Shown piece by piece: positions 1 through 12,864 of a stretch of DNA of 64,000 nt (the first letter of the stretch is position 1; every line of letters begins with the position of its first letter). The notes under the pieces were generated by a model that was given only the letters and a program-made list of their open reading frames with translations, was not told the origin of the DNA and did not search any database. A program made the translations under genes and the position numbers. Source of the DNA: Macrostomum lignano (Eukaryota); assembly GCA_002269645.1 (NCBI GenBank), contig NIVC01003887.1:1-64000 (forward strand). The letters are read 5' to 3'.

Positions 1-714
1 GGATGGCTCCCGATGAGATGCCCATTTCGGCCTCTATCTGAGACACAGTCAACCCTGGCATCAATCCTAAATAATGGCCCGAATAGCAGAAACATTTCAT
101 TCCTTGCTGCGGAGGTGCCAGCCACTGCACTCTTCATCATCCAGACTCCGCTGGCCACGTCGAAACTTTCGGCAAACCACCAAAAATATAGTGCTGGAAG
201 GTGCTTCATTGACAAAAGCCGCTTAAAGTTTCTCAAAGCTCTCCTGCTGCCTTAAACATTTTGTAGTTATTATAAACCATTGCTCTCCAATGGCCCTCTT
301 TGAGCTCCATTGTGTATTATCCGTGTTAAAGGGGTATGCTAACTTTTAGTGTGCGCAGCACAGGCTTTATAGAGTCAATTTGTCTAATATTGCACAAATA
401 TAATAAAATAATGTACATTATTATACCTGCTATGCTAAATTGTGTAGATACATTCCACTTCGTGTGCATCCGGAACTTATTGAATACCCCTCGTATGATT
501 TATTTTACTCTCAAGCAGTAATGCTGCTCAAATGCCAAATTGTACTCAGGCTCTTTGCTGTTACCATCAGCTGCTATCGCTATTTGTGAGCTTTGTAACG
601 AATTGATCAAATATACTCATGTGTGACTCTAGCATACCGGAGCTGCCCGACTCTCAGCACTGAGTGGCTGCCATGTTTGCTTAACTCAACTGCTTATAAA
701 AATGAAATTGGGGG

Positions 715-1430
715 ATCCTTCCGAACCCTGGCGAGGCTGCACCTTGACTTCGCAGGCCCCGTGACGGTCACACGTACCTGGTCATCGTGGAAGCCTTTAG
801 TGTGTGGCCAGAGGTGCAGCAGGTGCAGAGCAAAACGTCTGCTGTCATCATCGAGCGACTCTGCGATGTATTTTCCATGAGTCGCAGTCTTCCTAGTTTA
901 TCTCCGCGCAGTTCAGCGAGGTGCAACTGCATCCGCTACATTTTCCCATTCCCGTTCCACCCGGCAACAACCGACATCTTTTCAGGAGCGGGCACTCAAC
1001 GGCAGCCCTGTAGCGAGTGCTGATGTCCTACCGCAGCACGCCGCAATCGTTCACTGGCGAGGCGCGAGGCTCCCCAGCCAGCTGCTCACCGGCCACAGAC
1101 TGCGCAGCCGGCTGTACCTGCTGATGTCATCGCTGACGAGCAGTGTGCGGCAGCGTCAAGAGCGGTTGGTGGAGCAGCAGCCGCATGCGCTCGAGCTCCA
1201 AGTCAGCGACCGAGTTCTGCTGCGCGCACTTCAGCTCCAACGCAAGGACTGGCAGCGGCAACCGATGGGCGGAAGGCACTGGCGTGTCTGCTGGATTCAG
1301 CAATTGCGACGCTGGGCTCAGCGCCGCTCTCCATCGCTCTGCCGGAGGTGGGAGAGGCCGGGGTTTTTGATGAGCCGCTTACCAAGCAAGGCAAATTCGA
1401 CGGCCGCAATAACGAGCCGCAGGATGACGC
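715..1430 (+). mobile_element. Degenerate Ty3/gypsy integrase relic
   Basis: Fragments in shifting frames: RLHLDFAGP, VEAFSVWPEV...IIERLCDVF, LMSYRSTPQS, RQRQERL...LQVSDRVLLR. These match the rve core and C-terminus of LTR-retrotransposon integrases. Confidence 0.7.
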
Positions 1431-2059
1431 ATTAATACTATTATACTCAAGTTATTGGCCATTCAGGAATATTAATCTTGTTAGTTGTTATTTCAATCAT
1501 TCTTTGTCCTTAGGTTTTCTAGTTCAAGTGCACCTTAGATACATTTTATTCTGATGAAGAGCCAAGAGGCTTAAAACCGGTTGCCAACTTAATACCCGGT
1601 GACTCCCCCGGCTTCAAATTACTATTGCTCGTCTCCAACAAGCCCAAATATAACCCCTGGAACCACCTGGACTGGAAACAAGTCAGAAAATTCATGGATT
1701 TCTAGAACATTTTGGACTGAAAGCGAGCCCGGTGAAACCCAAATTCTAAGAACCAAAACATAAATTTCAAATCGCAAATTTCCGAGTTTTAGAATGGAAC
1801 CGGACACAGCTTACCTGTTCATGACGCCCTCGTTCTTACACATGTAAAATGTCTTCGAAAATTCCCAATTCTTTGAAAATTCAACTACAGTACGAGTATA
1901 GTGTCTTTAATGTCGACAATTGCATGCTTAAGTCAGCTGCTTAAGCATCTTTTGACAACTCAACTTGTGTCTCAAAATCTACTCCAAGTGTCTTTATGAG
2001 ACAGCGACTTTACGCAGACCTTGAACCCAGCGTGCCAGGCTGAGCAGTAGCCGCTGTCC

Positions 2060-2625
2060 CTCACCGAGGACCCCACCTGTTTGCCAAGCAAGTGGACTCA
2101 GTTCTACTTCTCTAACGACCGAGTGCAGCTTCTGCTGGACGACGAGAGCATGACATTCGTCACCATTAAAACTCGGAGGGCGGGCTCTCAGTTCAACCGC
2201 AGTGCTCATATCCTACGGTGTCGGTGTGGTGCTGTCCCACCGAATCGGCGACCAGCACCGCGCCGTACGTGGCCTTCGCCAGCCGCAGCCTCAGCGCAGC
2301 TCGACAAGAATTGCTGCTGGCAATCGTCTTCGAGCTGCACCGGTTTCACTCTATAGCCGCAGGTTCACCATCGAGCTACGGCTACTCACTTGAGTTCCAG
2401 CCAATGGAGAATCATGCCAATTAAGGCTCGCTGTCTCCCCAGTTCAAAGAGGAAGATGCAAATAATGCGCAGCACTGTGCAGCTGCAATGATCAACTGTC
2501 GACAGGAGATCTTCGCTCGCCTTGGCCTTGCAAAGGTCCTGATGCCGAACAATGGACCTCAATTCACCTTCGAGTGCCGAGTTTGCCGAAATCGTCAAAG
2601 CCAACAACCAGCGAGCAAGGACCTG
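2060..2625 (+). mobile_element. Heavily deleted Ty3/gypsy pol relic (RT, RNase H and integrase pieces)
   Basis: QLLLDDESMTFVTIKTR (RT), GVGVVLSHR and YVAFASRSLSAA...LLAIVFELHRFH (RNase H), NGPQFT..AEFAEIVKAN (integrase). Colinear with the longer relic at 12865-14410. Confidence 0.65.
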
Positions 2626-3336
2626 GTTTTGCTTCATCTGTGACTAACGACTTCAGCAGTGTTCCAGATGTCACAATGTAGGCAGAGGGAATTCTGGGGC
2701 TGTGTTTTCACTTGCTCCATAATCCCATTACATGTACTTCTATACCGATTATTCCCAAAGAAGGTCTTCAACCCAATGCATGTGCAACTTGCTTGATTCC
2801 CAATCAGTCACTATCAGGACAGAATCCTCCACAGCTTTTATAATCCTATTAATTCTATCTGTATTATCACTAAAAATGACTAAAACTTTCCAACATACTA
2901 CTACTCGCTACTAGTAAAATCCTTTAATTTTTCATTTTCGAAAGCCATTTATATTCGAACCTCATTCAATTCGCTGCCTAAAAACCAGATCTCAACAACC
3001 TTCAACCGTCAGCGCAGGTTCCTCACCATCTTGAAATAACAATTTGCAATAAAATTCTTCTCAGTTGCGTCACCAGGTCCACATTGTATTACGCCCAACC
3101 GCACCCATTGCACAAATCCAAATACAGCACACTCAGAGCTCAGAACCAATGGGAGAGGCAGAAGACTGGGCAGAGGCGGCCGCACAAGCCAACAAAAGCA
3201 GCCGCAATCTGAGCAGGCAGGGTGAGAAGGAATTCGCTGCAGCTGCTTCAAGGCCAATAAAATCTGCTGCAGAGGCGGCCGCTGCCCTGCCGGACTCTCG
3301 GGCTGAGTTGAGACACCTGTGACTGAGCTTGCAGCC

Positions 3337-6300
3337 ATGGCAGAGCGACTGAGATCATCTTATGACGATCATCTTATGACGAGAGAGGATGTTGTCAAAC
3401 GGGTAAGTACAGTTAAAGAGATAAAATTGAAGCATATTTATATTGGAGGCTTAATTGCAGTTGCAAGAACTGGCTCCCATGTTTGATTGTGCAGCTTGGG
3501 TGCCTCAATTGCAGCTGACTAAAGTCGCTGACGAACTTCTTTTTGAGCAAAGCATGATTCAGCTGACTCTGCCGGACCCCACCAACCGGACAAGCGTCGG
3601 AGACTCACCAGCCGATCTTCACAATCTCGCCCAGGACGTCATCCAAGGAGACTTCGGACAGGTGCGGCGGCTGGCAACGCGCCAGCTGGTCACCAGCGCT
3701 GATGCAGCTCGTCGGACCGTCTTCATGCTGGTGGCCGACGCTCCTGAGACTCCCGTGCACACTGAAAAGTGCATCTTGTACTTATTTGAGCTGGGCGCGA
3801 ACCCCAAGGCGGCTGACGCGAATGGCGACACGGCTGCGCACCTGGCAGCCCGGCGGGACCACCTGCGGCTGCTAACGCTGCTATCGTTCAATGCGAAGTG
3901 GCTGCTGAACGACAACGGCGCCACTCCGCTGATGGAGGCGGCGCGGACTGGAAGCTGGAAATGCGCCAAGCACCTACTGCACCTGCTCAGGCAGGAAAGG
4001 TTCAATGAGTGCGGGAAGCACGAAAACTCGAAGAGGTCGCGGCTGCTCGAACTGAAGAATCGCGAGGGTCGGAAGGCGTCGGACCTGGCGAGGCTCAGCG
4101 GCCACTCAGAGCTGGCCAGCTACATCGACCGGTGAGTGAGCAGTTCGCTGCTGTGTCCAGCAAGTTTTGCAGCATTCGGCTGGGGTGGCCAGAGCTGCAG
4201 TCTCAGGCCAGCCAATCAGAGCCAGTCAGCTGAGCTTCTCTCTGGCTGACTGCTTGATGGGCGAGAGCTGTGATTGGCTGGCTGCCTCCCAGCCAATGGG
4301 GTGCCGGTTGATCTCAGTCGAGAATGGAAGCTGTAGGGCCTTGGTGTGCAGTGATAGTGTGTGGGTTGTGCTGCAGATGGAGAACTGGGAGGCTGTGCGT
4401 GAGTGCTTTGTTATTGTAAGATGGAAGGAAACTCATGCTGCAGAAATGGAAAATGAGAGGGAGTGTGAGACGTCGGATGCGCTCTCGCCAATGCTGATTG
4501 TTGCAGAGCTACTGCAGGCCTCTTGGAAAGTGCATCTGCGAGCAGCTCAGAAAGTTAGGGATTTTTGCTTACTAAATTTATCATGGAAATAGTATTGCGC
4601 AACTTAAAGTTTTATTTGACAATCGTACGCTCGTAATTGTTGGAGTCAAGAAAATTGCGGATTTGCTTCTAATTTTTGCTGCTGCAGGGAGATGCGGCTA
4701 ATTGTGAATGCACGTGGCAGGATCTCCGGCCTGACAGCTCAGGTGAGTGACATCTGAGGTGCCGATGCGGCTGCAGCTGAGCAGCTGTGCTCAAATTTCT
4801 CACTTGCCATTGCAGGAGGAGGCAGATCGACAGGAACTGCAGCGGCTGGCCGATTCGGGCAACTCGGGGGGGGGGGGCTGCGGCGAGCAGCGACTCGCAA
4901 CAGCTGCGACCTGCCTGAGAGTTGGAGTCACACTGCGTTGATGTGGGCTGCTCAGAACAGCTCGTGCAGTGAGGAGGCTCTGTGGAAGCAGCTGGTGCAG
5001 CTGGGTGACCCTACCTCTGCGGATATATCTTCTACCACTTGCCTGCACTCGGCAGCACGTTCTGGCAATTTTGCCGCAGCCTTTGATCTGCTGGCTGCCG
5101 GAGCTTCCGCCAATGCCAGGAATGACTTCACTCCACGCCCCTCATGCTGGCAGCCTTCTTTGCGCCCCCCGCCACCGCCGCCGCAGTCGGTCGGGTTCTG
5201 CTGGACTTAGGGGCGGATTGGAGCCTGAAGGACAGAGACGGCAGGACTGCGCTGGATTTGGCCACACAAAAGGGAAACAGCGGACTGGCTGAGCTGCTGC
5301 GTGGGTGAGTTTCCATGGCGACTTGAGAATGTCTCTCTGACTTTGATTTATCATTGATAAACAAGGTGCTGTAATTTTTGATTGAACATACTGTTGTAAC
5401 CAGCGTAGTATAAATCTGCTGATTTTGAATCCTAGAAACTATACATGTATGTGAAAACATTATAAAATCCAAAAGTTATTCCGCGAAAAAGGAGACTGAA
5501 GACAAGAGTAAGGATAGAGGAGAGCGAGAAGAAGATTTAGGAGAGGACAGAAGGCTTTAAATCTTAATTTAACACGAATTTACTTCACTTTTGTTTACCT
5601 CCATATTAGCTAAAAACACTTTTTTTTTAGTATGACTTTAGACTCAAGAAAGTATTAAAAATAGTTCAGATGATTGGAATTCAGCAGGATAAAAATCCGG
5701 AAGTTTCAACAGTATTTTAGATTTTAAAAAATCTTTTTATAACTAAAATAAAAATTAAAAAAATCTTTGTTATAAGCAAACCTTGCGCATTTCTCAATTC
5801 CAATTTTCTCAATTGGCGTGCTCAAAAAACATTCCTGCACGCCTATTTAGTTTAAAATGACTGAGTGGGATTCAGGAGTTTGCAGTGCAGTTTGACTCCC
5901 GATTGCAATTTAAATAATAAGGTTTAGTTTCCTGCGAGCTCTGAAAAACCAGCCACCATTTTGCTGTTTAAGTTCAAAATAACATGGATAGTTCCTTTTG
6001 TGGTCCTCTTCTGTATTATTGCAAAAAGATCAACTTTGCCTGCTCGACACTTAAAACAAATGAAAATTGATAAAGTGATACAATAAACCAAAAAGCGTGG
6101 ACTCTCTGAATTCCCTAACAGACTGTGCATCGCCTATTTAGGTACGACGGCAGGATTTACTTCGACGAGCCTCTGGAACTGCCGTAAGTTCCTTCAGCAT
6201 CTTTCAGTTCCCACAGCACATACTCGTAACTACCGCACACACAGCTACAGCATACACAGCTACAGCACACAGCTACAGCACACAGCTACAGCACACACAG

Positions 6301-7440
6301 CTACAGCATACACAGCTACAGCACACAGCTACAGCACACACAGCTACAGCACACTCAACTACAGCACACAGCTACAGCACACTCAACTACAACACACAGC
6401 TACAGCACACACAGCTACAGCATGCAAACTAACGTTAACTGCCTCAATTCGCATCCCCTCAGACCCGAAGGCCCCCCGTTCCTGGAGCGCTGGGACGTCG
6501 TTCGTCTCATCGGCCGCGGAGGCTTCGGCGAAGTCCACGAAGTTCGAACTGACACGGGCGTCACGTGCGCTGCCAAGACTCTCAGACTGCCTGTGCAGCT
6601 CGGTGATGAGCTGCTCTCTATGAGCTCAGAGATCCACAGAGCTGTCGAGAGCGAAAGAAACCTGTGCCGACTGCGGCATACCAACATCGTCAGGTTCTTG
6701 CACATCGCTCAGCCGGAGCCCGCCACAGTCGTTGTGTTCATGGAGCTGCTGAACGGCCGGAGCTTGGAGAGGTTTATCGACAAAAAGCCGCTCGACGAGG
6801 TGACGATTCGAGACTTCAGCAAGCAGGTGAGCATTGTGCATCCTTGATGCTCCTGTTACATGCTCCCATGAATGATGACTGCTCACTGACCGACCGCTCG
6901 CAGATCTGCCGCGCGCTGCTCTACCTGCACAGCCGGCAGCCGCCCGTGATCCACAGAGACATCAACTGCTCCAACATAATTGTTTGTGCTGACAACACGC
7001 GAATCAAGCTGATCGACTTCGGCCTGTCAATCAAGCTGGAGCAGTCAGTCAGCCACATCTTAACCTCAACTCAGTCACCCAAAGGCACTCTGAACTTCAT
7101 GGCGCCAGAGCTGCTCGGAGCAGGAGAGTCGGACAGCGTGCAGTACAGCAGAGAGTCAGACATCTGGGCTTTCGGCTGCTCGGTATATCAGATGGTGTCT
7201 GGCGCGAGGCCGTTTGCAGACGCCAGGAACTTTTTAGGAATGGCCCAGCTGATTGAGAGGAGGGGCGCCCCCGTCCTGCCCGACGGCCGATCCGCAGAGC
7301 TGAGGGACTTCCACAGCCGCTGCACCGCCAAGGACCGCAGAAGAAGAAAATCGGCACAGGAGCTGCTGGAGCACGAGTTCCTGACGGACAGGAAGCTGCA
7401 GCTGGGATTTTTTAGCTCGTTTTTCGGTGCATGGAAATGA
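3337..7440 (+). CDS. Ankyrin-repeat Ser/Thr kinase, paralogue 1 (two apparent -1 frameshifts in exon 4)
   Basis: Phase-compatible GT-AG exons: 3337-3402, 3515-4131 (ANK block A), 4688-4742, 4816-5304 (ANK block B), 6142-6183, 6463-6826, 6904-7440. Kinase motifs GRGGFG, AAK, HRDINCSN, DFG, APE, DIWAFG. Frame breaks at the G12 run (about 4866-4877) and at about 5128. The first exon is less certain. Confidence 0.8.
6229..6422. repeat. (CTACAGCACA[CA]CAG)n-type minisatellite in intron 5 of paralogue 1
   Basis: Tandem 12-14-nt units between the donor at 6184 and the acceptor at 6462. Confidence 0.9.
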
Positions 7441-7711
7441 CAGAATCTGAGCTGTAGAGTAAAAGATAGAGTAGAGCTGAGAGTAGAAATCCAGTGAGGC
7501 TAAGTTGGATGTCTTCATTCCTTCATGCCTTCATTCAGATATCCAAGCCGTTGGAGTCCAAGCAAACTCTTTCCCTTTCACCAACTGTGAAGAGACAGTG
7601 CGGGGTTGCTTTCCTTGTTGTCGCTGGTATTGATAGCTGATGCGGCTTGTTAAGTGTGACAGGATTGTTTTCTCCCACCCAGCATTCACAAAACAACTAA
7701 CCCTGGATCAT

Positions 7712-8037
7712 AGGGGGCCGTAGCCCAGCGGTCTAGCGCAGGCTCTGGTGCGAATTAATTTGGGGCTGAATTTGAATCTCGGCTTGGCTCTGCTCGTGCA
7801 ATTAACGGCCTTGAGAGCCAACCACCCAAGGCGCAGTGAAGTGTACATGCCTAACGATAAAATAAAGTTAGGGCCGCTGTACACTCCTGTGTGAGTGTGT
7901 GCCTGCGTATGTATCCGCGCGCTTGTATGCCTGCTCAGGGGAGTCGGCGGAATGGGCAGTAATGCCTCTCGCCGGTTGTGTGCCTATGTCGCTTAAAGTG
8001 CGCCAGGGTGCACACAACCCCTGCCTCTAATAAAAAA
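7712..8037 (+). mobile_element. tRNA-derived SINE with 14-bp target-site duplication
   Basis: GGGGGCCGTAGCCCAGCGG head (A-box-like), degenerate B box (TTTGAATCTC) and A-rich tail. Flanked by TAACCCTGGATCAT at 7698-7711 and 8038-8051. Confidence 0.8.
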
Positions 8038-10256
8038 TAACCCTGGATCATCCATCCCATCATTCACCCAGCGAATTGACCCCTCATCATTCACCCAGCA
8101 TCCCGAGCATCAACCCTATAACGCAACCTTTCTGCTAAAAATCCGACTGCTAAATGTGGATTTCCTTTGGAATTAGCAGTGGTTTCAGAAAAGAAGCAAC
8201 CCAACACACAGGGAGCGTCTCAATAGCTGCTGTTTGCAGGCACTGTTCAGCCCGATTGAGCTGCTTCTTGCCTCAAAATGGGAGCCGATAAAGAATCATC
8301 CGAACATATGGGGATGAGCACAGCAGCGCAGCTCGCAGACCTGGGCATGTTTGAATCACCTTTATTCGCTGATTCCCGACTCAGATGATTCAACTCATTT
8401 TGTCGATTTTTAGTCGTATTTAAGCTTTGTGACTGTATCTCTTGTTTTGTGGATCATTCTTATTCTTATTTTATTTCCGTTTTTTCCTATAAAAATCGGT
8501 GCAATCGTGTAAAGATTCAACTTTACCATGCTATACCTAAATATATGCGCTATATTAGTGTTCCGATCTGCTGTCGTGTCCAGATGAGCTTCAAGTGAAT
8601 GAACCAAGTAATCAGTTAACTGTTGCCTCGAGCATAGAAAAATGATATAGCAAGTCATGAAGTTGTTGCGAATTCATGGAAGCAAGCAATCCATGTCCTG
8701 CGAAGTTGAAGGTCCTCAGGCTGTTCTGCCGCGAAATCGGACTGTACACGTTTCAGCTGGGATCTGATGAAGCAGAGAGCGGCTATCGCGGAGTAAAGCA
8801 TCTTCTTGATGGCACAAGTGTTTTTCATTGGTTTCCCCAGAAGTACATTGCATTGAAATAATTTACTCATACATTGGAGTTCATTCATGACTGAGGCGGG
8901 GTTGGTGCCTTCATCTTTGCAGGCTGGGTGGGCACCTGCATTGACTGAAAACAAAGTCTTGACAGTTGAATTCGGATGCATTGCAGCACAAATGCTTCAC
9001 TTCATCATGTTGCAGAATTGCAATTCATGCCAAGCATTAGCAATATGTTGGCTTCTCCAAAAACCTCCTAGTGAGTTTTGCTAAAGTTTTTTTCGGAATC
9101 GTATCGAAAGACTCTGCAGCGCCTCGTGCCAGTTTTTTTGCTTTCCAAGAGCAGCGAAAAGTCGCTTAAAAGTTTCTTAAAAGCAGATAAGCCGGACTCG
9201 AGGCAACTTGGCGCTGGAGTTTGCCTGCCTGCGGCTCTGTGTATGCCCAAATGCTTAAAGGTGAAGCATTCCTAAAGTATGAATTCTTTGAAAATTTGTG
9301 ACTGTTTCAAGCTGAATCACGTGCATTTGAGTGTTTATCAGATAAACTTCTTCGGCCCTGCTAACTTGTCTGCAAATTTTCTATGTATTAGCCATGAGTG
9401 CTGATAGTTTCATTGTTTTAAAGAATGTAATGTCAGATCCATGGCTTGCAGAGGCTGGGAGGCTGTCTGTGGAGTAACAGATCCATGAGCAGGTGTGTAG
9501 AATTATTATTTTAGCTGGAAACCCTACCACATGCTAGCATTTATTTGTTCAAATGCCTTGCTGAGCATGTTAACTGTCGAAGTCACCTGACCAAGGCAGG
9601 CGGAGGTCGAACTGGACACTGGAGTGCAAGCGAGATGTCTCACGAAAACGATGACCAAACAAAAGCTTCATATTCGCAGCAAGGCCAGACCGAAAAAGGC
9701 AAAAGTGCCACAGGTCGCACCTAAAATCAGACCCAGGAGAAAACAAGATAAGTTGAGCCACCGAAGCTGCAACGCAGATCAGAGCAAGCTCATCCCGATA
9801 AGAGAGTCGCGAAGAGCTGGCATGAGAAGAGCAGCCATGCAGCCCAAAAATCAGCTGACAGTGACGTCAAGCTGGGTCGAAAGCAACACTGGGCAAGACA
9901 GCTGCCTGAGCAGCTGTTTAACTGTTGACTATTTTGAGTAGCTGTGCAATCGTTGAAAGCTTTGTGATAAGATAAACATTGCCTGTCGCTTGCTGACATC
10001 ACAGTGAGCTGGGCACTTTGACTGCAGCGGAAAGCTCAAGAATCGCGCAATTGGGCTGTTCAGCAATCCTTTGGTAATTTTGCGCTTCGCAAGTGATCAT
10101 TGTTTAACTTGTTCCATTTCATACTACTATCAGGACTTATTAAAGCTGAATGTGCTTATTTTTGTTTAAATTTGAAACCGAAAAAATGAATCTGAGAAAT
10201 TATTTTCGCTAGTATTTTGTTTTGATGAGAGTGCAAAAAAATTCTTAAGATGGTTG

Positions 10257-10850
10257 AGATTCTGAGATGCTGGGAGATTCTGAGATGCTGAGAGACTCTG
10301 AGATGCTGAGAGATTCTGAGATGCTGAGAGATTCTGAGGTGCTGAGAGATTCTGAGGTGCTGAGAGATTCTGAGGTGCTGAGAGATTCTGAGGTGCTGAG
10401 AGATTCTGAGGTGCTGAGAGATTCTGAGATGCTGAGAGATTCTGAGGTGCTGAGAGATTCTGAGATGCTGAGAGATTCTGAGGTGCTGAGAGATTCTGAG
10501 GTGCTGAGAGATTCTGAGATGCTGAGAGATTCTGAGATGCTGGGAGACTCTGAGATGCTGAGAGATTCTGAGATGCTAAGAGACTCTGAGATGCTGAGAG
10601 ATTCTGAGATGCTGAGAGATTCTGAGATGCTGAGAGATTCTGAGGTGCTGAGAGATTCTGAGATGCTGAGAGATTCTGAGGTGCTGAGAGATTCTGAGAT
10701 GCTAAGAGACTCTGAGATGCTGAGAGATTCTGAGATGCTGAGAGATTCTGAGATGCTGAGAGATTCTGAGATGCTGAGAGATTCTGAGATGCTGAGGATT
10801 CTGAGGTGCTGAGAGATTCTGAGATTCTGAGAGATACTGAGCGATTCTGA
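10257..10850. repeat. 18-bp minisatellite (GAGATTCTGAGA/GTGCTGA)n
   Basis: About 30 tandem units; explains the low-complexity ORFs at 10166-10915. Confidence 0.95.
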
Positions 10851-10985
10851 GATACCGATGAGGAAGTCGCCCACCTACAGGCCTGTACTGAAAATGTGCA
10901 TTGGCTGCCTTGCATTGGAGGAGTTGCTGCGCTGCTTTTGATCTTCCAGCCTCAAGCCAGCACTAAATCTGGACAGAGCCAAAGC

Positions 10986-11196
10986 CAGTGCTCAACAATC
11001 CGTGCTTAAGCAGCCATTCACCAGCTGCAGTGCTCAACAATCCGTGCTCAAGCAGCCATTCACCAGCTGCAGTGCTCAACAATTCCGTGCTCAGGCAGCC
11101 ATTCACCAGCTGCAGTGCTCAACAATTCCGTGCTCAGGCAGCCATTCACCAGCTGCAGTGCTCAACAATTCCGTGCTCAGGCAGCCATTCACCAGC
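10986..11196. repeat. 42-43-bp tandem repeat, about 5 copies
   Basis: CAGTGCTCAACAA(T)TCCGTGCTCA.GCAGCCATTCACCAGCTG units start at 10986, 11028, 11070, 11113 and 11156. Confidence 0.9.
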
Positions 11197-11543
11197 CATA
11201 TTTTTATCATAGCTATGTGAGAGCTAAAGTTTATTTTGTTTTTTTGTGAATAAGCTATGTTGAAGGGACTTCCTAAATCTCCTGGATTGGAAGCAAGTCG
11301 TAAAAAAATGGGCTTCTTGAAACCACTGGACTAGAAGCGATCACGGACTACTAAAGTAGAAGGACACGACACTCGCGTTCTTTGGAAACTTTGCATGGAA
11401 TGACAAAATTTAAACAACTAAAAATATTAAAATATAGCATATCTATTATCCAAAATCCAATAGCTATACCTATTGCAGTAAAGTTTACAATGTTATAATT
11501 ATTTTACCATAATATCTGCCAATAATTTAAATGAGAGCAGGAA

Positions 11544-11915
11544 TTAAAACTCAGACGGCCTACCGCAGAAAGCTTTGTGCGGGCGTTTCCAGCCTGCACA
11601 GCCGCCTCGAGTCGCCGTAAGATGCGCACCCGGGTCCCCCGCTCCCCAGAATGCGGGCCGCAAGAGCGACAACCAGCCCCAGGGCATGGGGGCCAAGGGG
11701 CCTAGAGTCTCCACACCGACCATGCGGAAGTCGTGGTGGTCGCCCAGATCGAAGTACTTGGCTGCTTTGCGGTCCTCGGCCGAGGTGGCAGCGAGGTGCA
11801 GGTGACTGGGGGCGCAGGTCTGCATGATAGTCGCGTCCCAAGCCAACAGCAAAGCTGCCACCGTGGTGCTCTCGAAGCGGCAGAGTCCCGCTCGGAGAGG
11901 CCGACAGGTTTATCT
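11544..11915 (-). mobile_element. 3' fragment of a CRE-like non-LTR retrotransposon (restriction-like endonuclease domain)
   Basis: LAWDAT...CAPSHL...AEDRKAAKY.DL...F..VGVETLGP resembles the C-terminal RLE signature (WDAT...AE.RK..KY...VETLGP) of CRE-clade elements. Confidence 0.6.
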
Positions 11916-12504
11916 TACAAATAATTTAAGAACCTTAGCAAATTCTGCATACACCTATTTCGGCGTTTCCGAGGCACAAAGCTTCAGGCCCAGTGCAGGG
12001 TTCTTTAAACCAGTCGAACAGAATGCTTTTGTGAAGGCAAACATCGCTAAATACACGTAAACAAAGCGGGCCTTCAAATAGTTTTGCATTATTTGATCCC
12101 GCCTCTTTCACTAGTTGGACTATCAGCTTCACCAGCTAAGCGTAGCCCACCTTCCCCAGACTCGGAGGACTCTTCTGGTGATCCGGACCGCCACAGGCCA
12201 CATCCGGATGGCTCACCCAGCATCGTTGAGCAACCCGCTCCCCTCATCAGCAGTGACTGCTTGAACCTGGTCCTTTGCCTAAAGCTATTTAGTGGCCTTA
12301 AACTCCAGGCAATCACGGAAGTTCATCAATATTGACTGTCAGCCCTATACCAACTCTACTGAGGTCTGTTGCCATGCGGATCCTTCTGATTCCGCCCTTA
12401 GGCAGCGGTGAAGATTGACTCAATGTACGTCTGAGGAGGAAACCCTCACCTGTAGCTCTTGTTTTTTCTACAACTTGAGCTGATCGTTCCATATCCACCA
12501 AGCC

Positions 12505-12862
12505 CTGCACTCAGACACCAAGCACTCATACACCCAACCCTCAGACACCCAGCCCTCAGACACCCTGCACTCAGACACCCAGCCCTCAGACAGCCAGTCC
12601 TCAGATACCCAGCACTCAGACACCCAGCCCTCAGATACCCAGCACTCAGACACCCAGCCCTCAGACACCCAGCCCTCAGACACCCAGCACTCAGACACCC
12701 AGCACTCAGACACCCAGCACTCAGACACCTAGAACTCTGTCACCCACCACTCTGACACCCAGCACTCAGAAATCCAGCACTCAGATACCCAGTACCCAGA
12801 CACCAAGCACTCAGACACCCAGCCCTCAGACACTCAGCTCTCAGACACCCAGCACTCAGACT
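12505..12862. repeat. 15-bp minisatellite (CAGCA/CCTCAGACACC)n
   Basis: More than 20 tandem units; produces the RHPAL-repeat pseudo-ORF. Confidence 0.95.
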
Positions 12863-12864
12863 CC

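Noticed and set aside
3455-7440. Separate ankyrin, ankyrin and kinase genes as suggested by the ORF track
   Set aside because: The ORF stops (CGG TGA, GGG TGA) are read-through into phase-2 GTGAGT donors, and conserved linker exons join all parts in frame in three copies.
7712-7790. tRNA gene (also at 43783-43855)
   Set aside because: Both heads continue into SINE bodies with tails (and a clear TSD in the first case) and lack a convincing complete cloverleaf.
8340-10002. Short ORFs on both strands as a gene
   Set aside because: No domain recognised, and I could not build a phase-consistent exon chain.
10166-10915. SQNLSA, SESLSI and RDSEML repeat proteins
   Set aside because: They are translations of an 18-bp minisatellite, open in several frames on both strands.
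12459-12755. RHPAL-repeat protein
   Set aside because: Translation of a 15-bp minisatellite.
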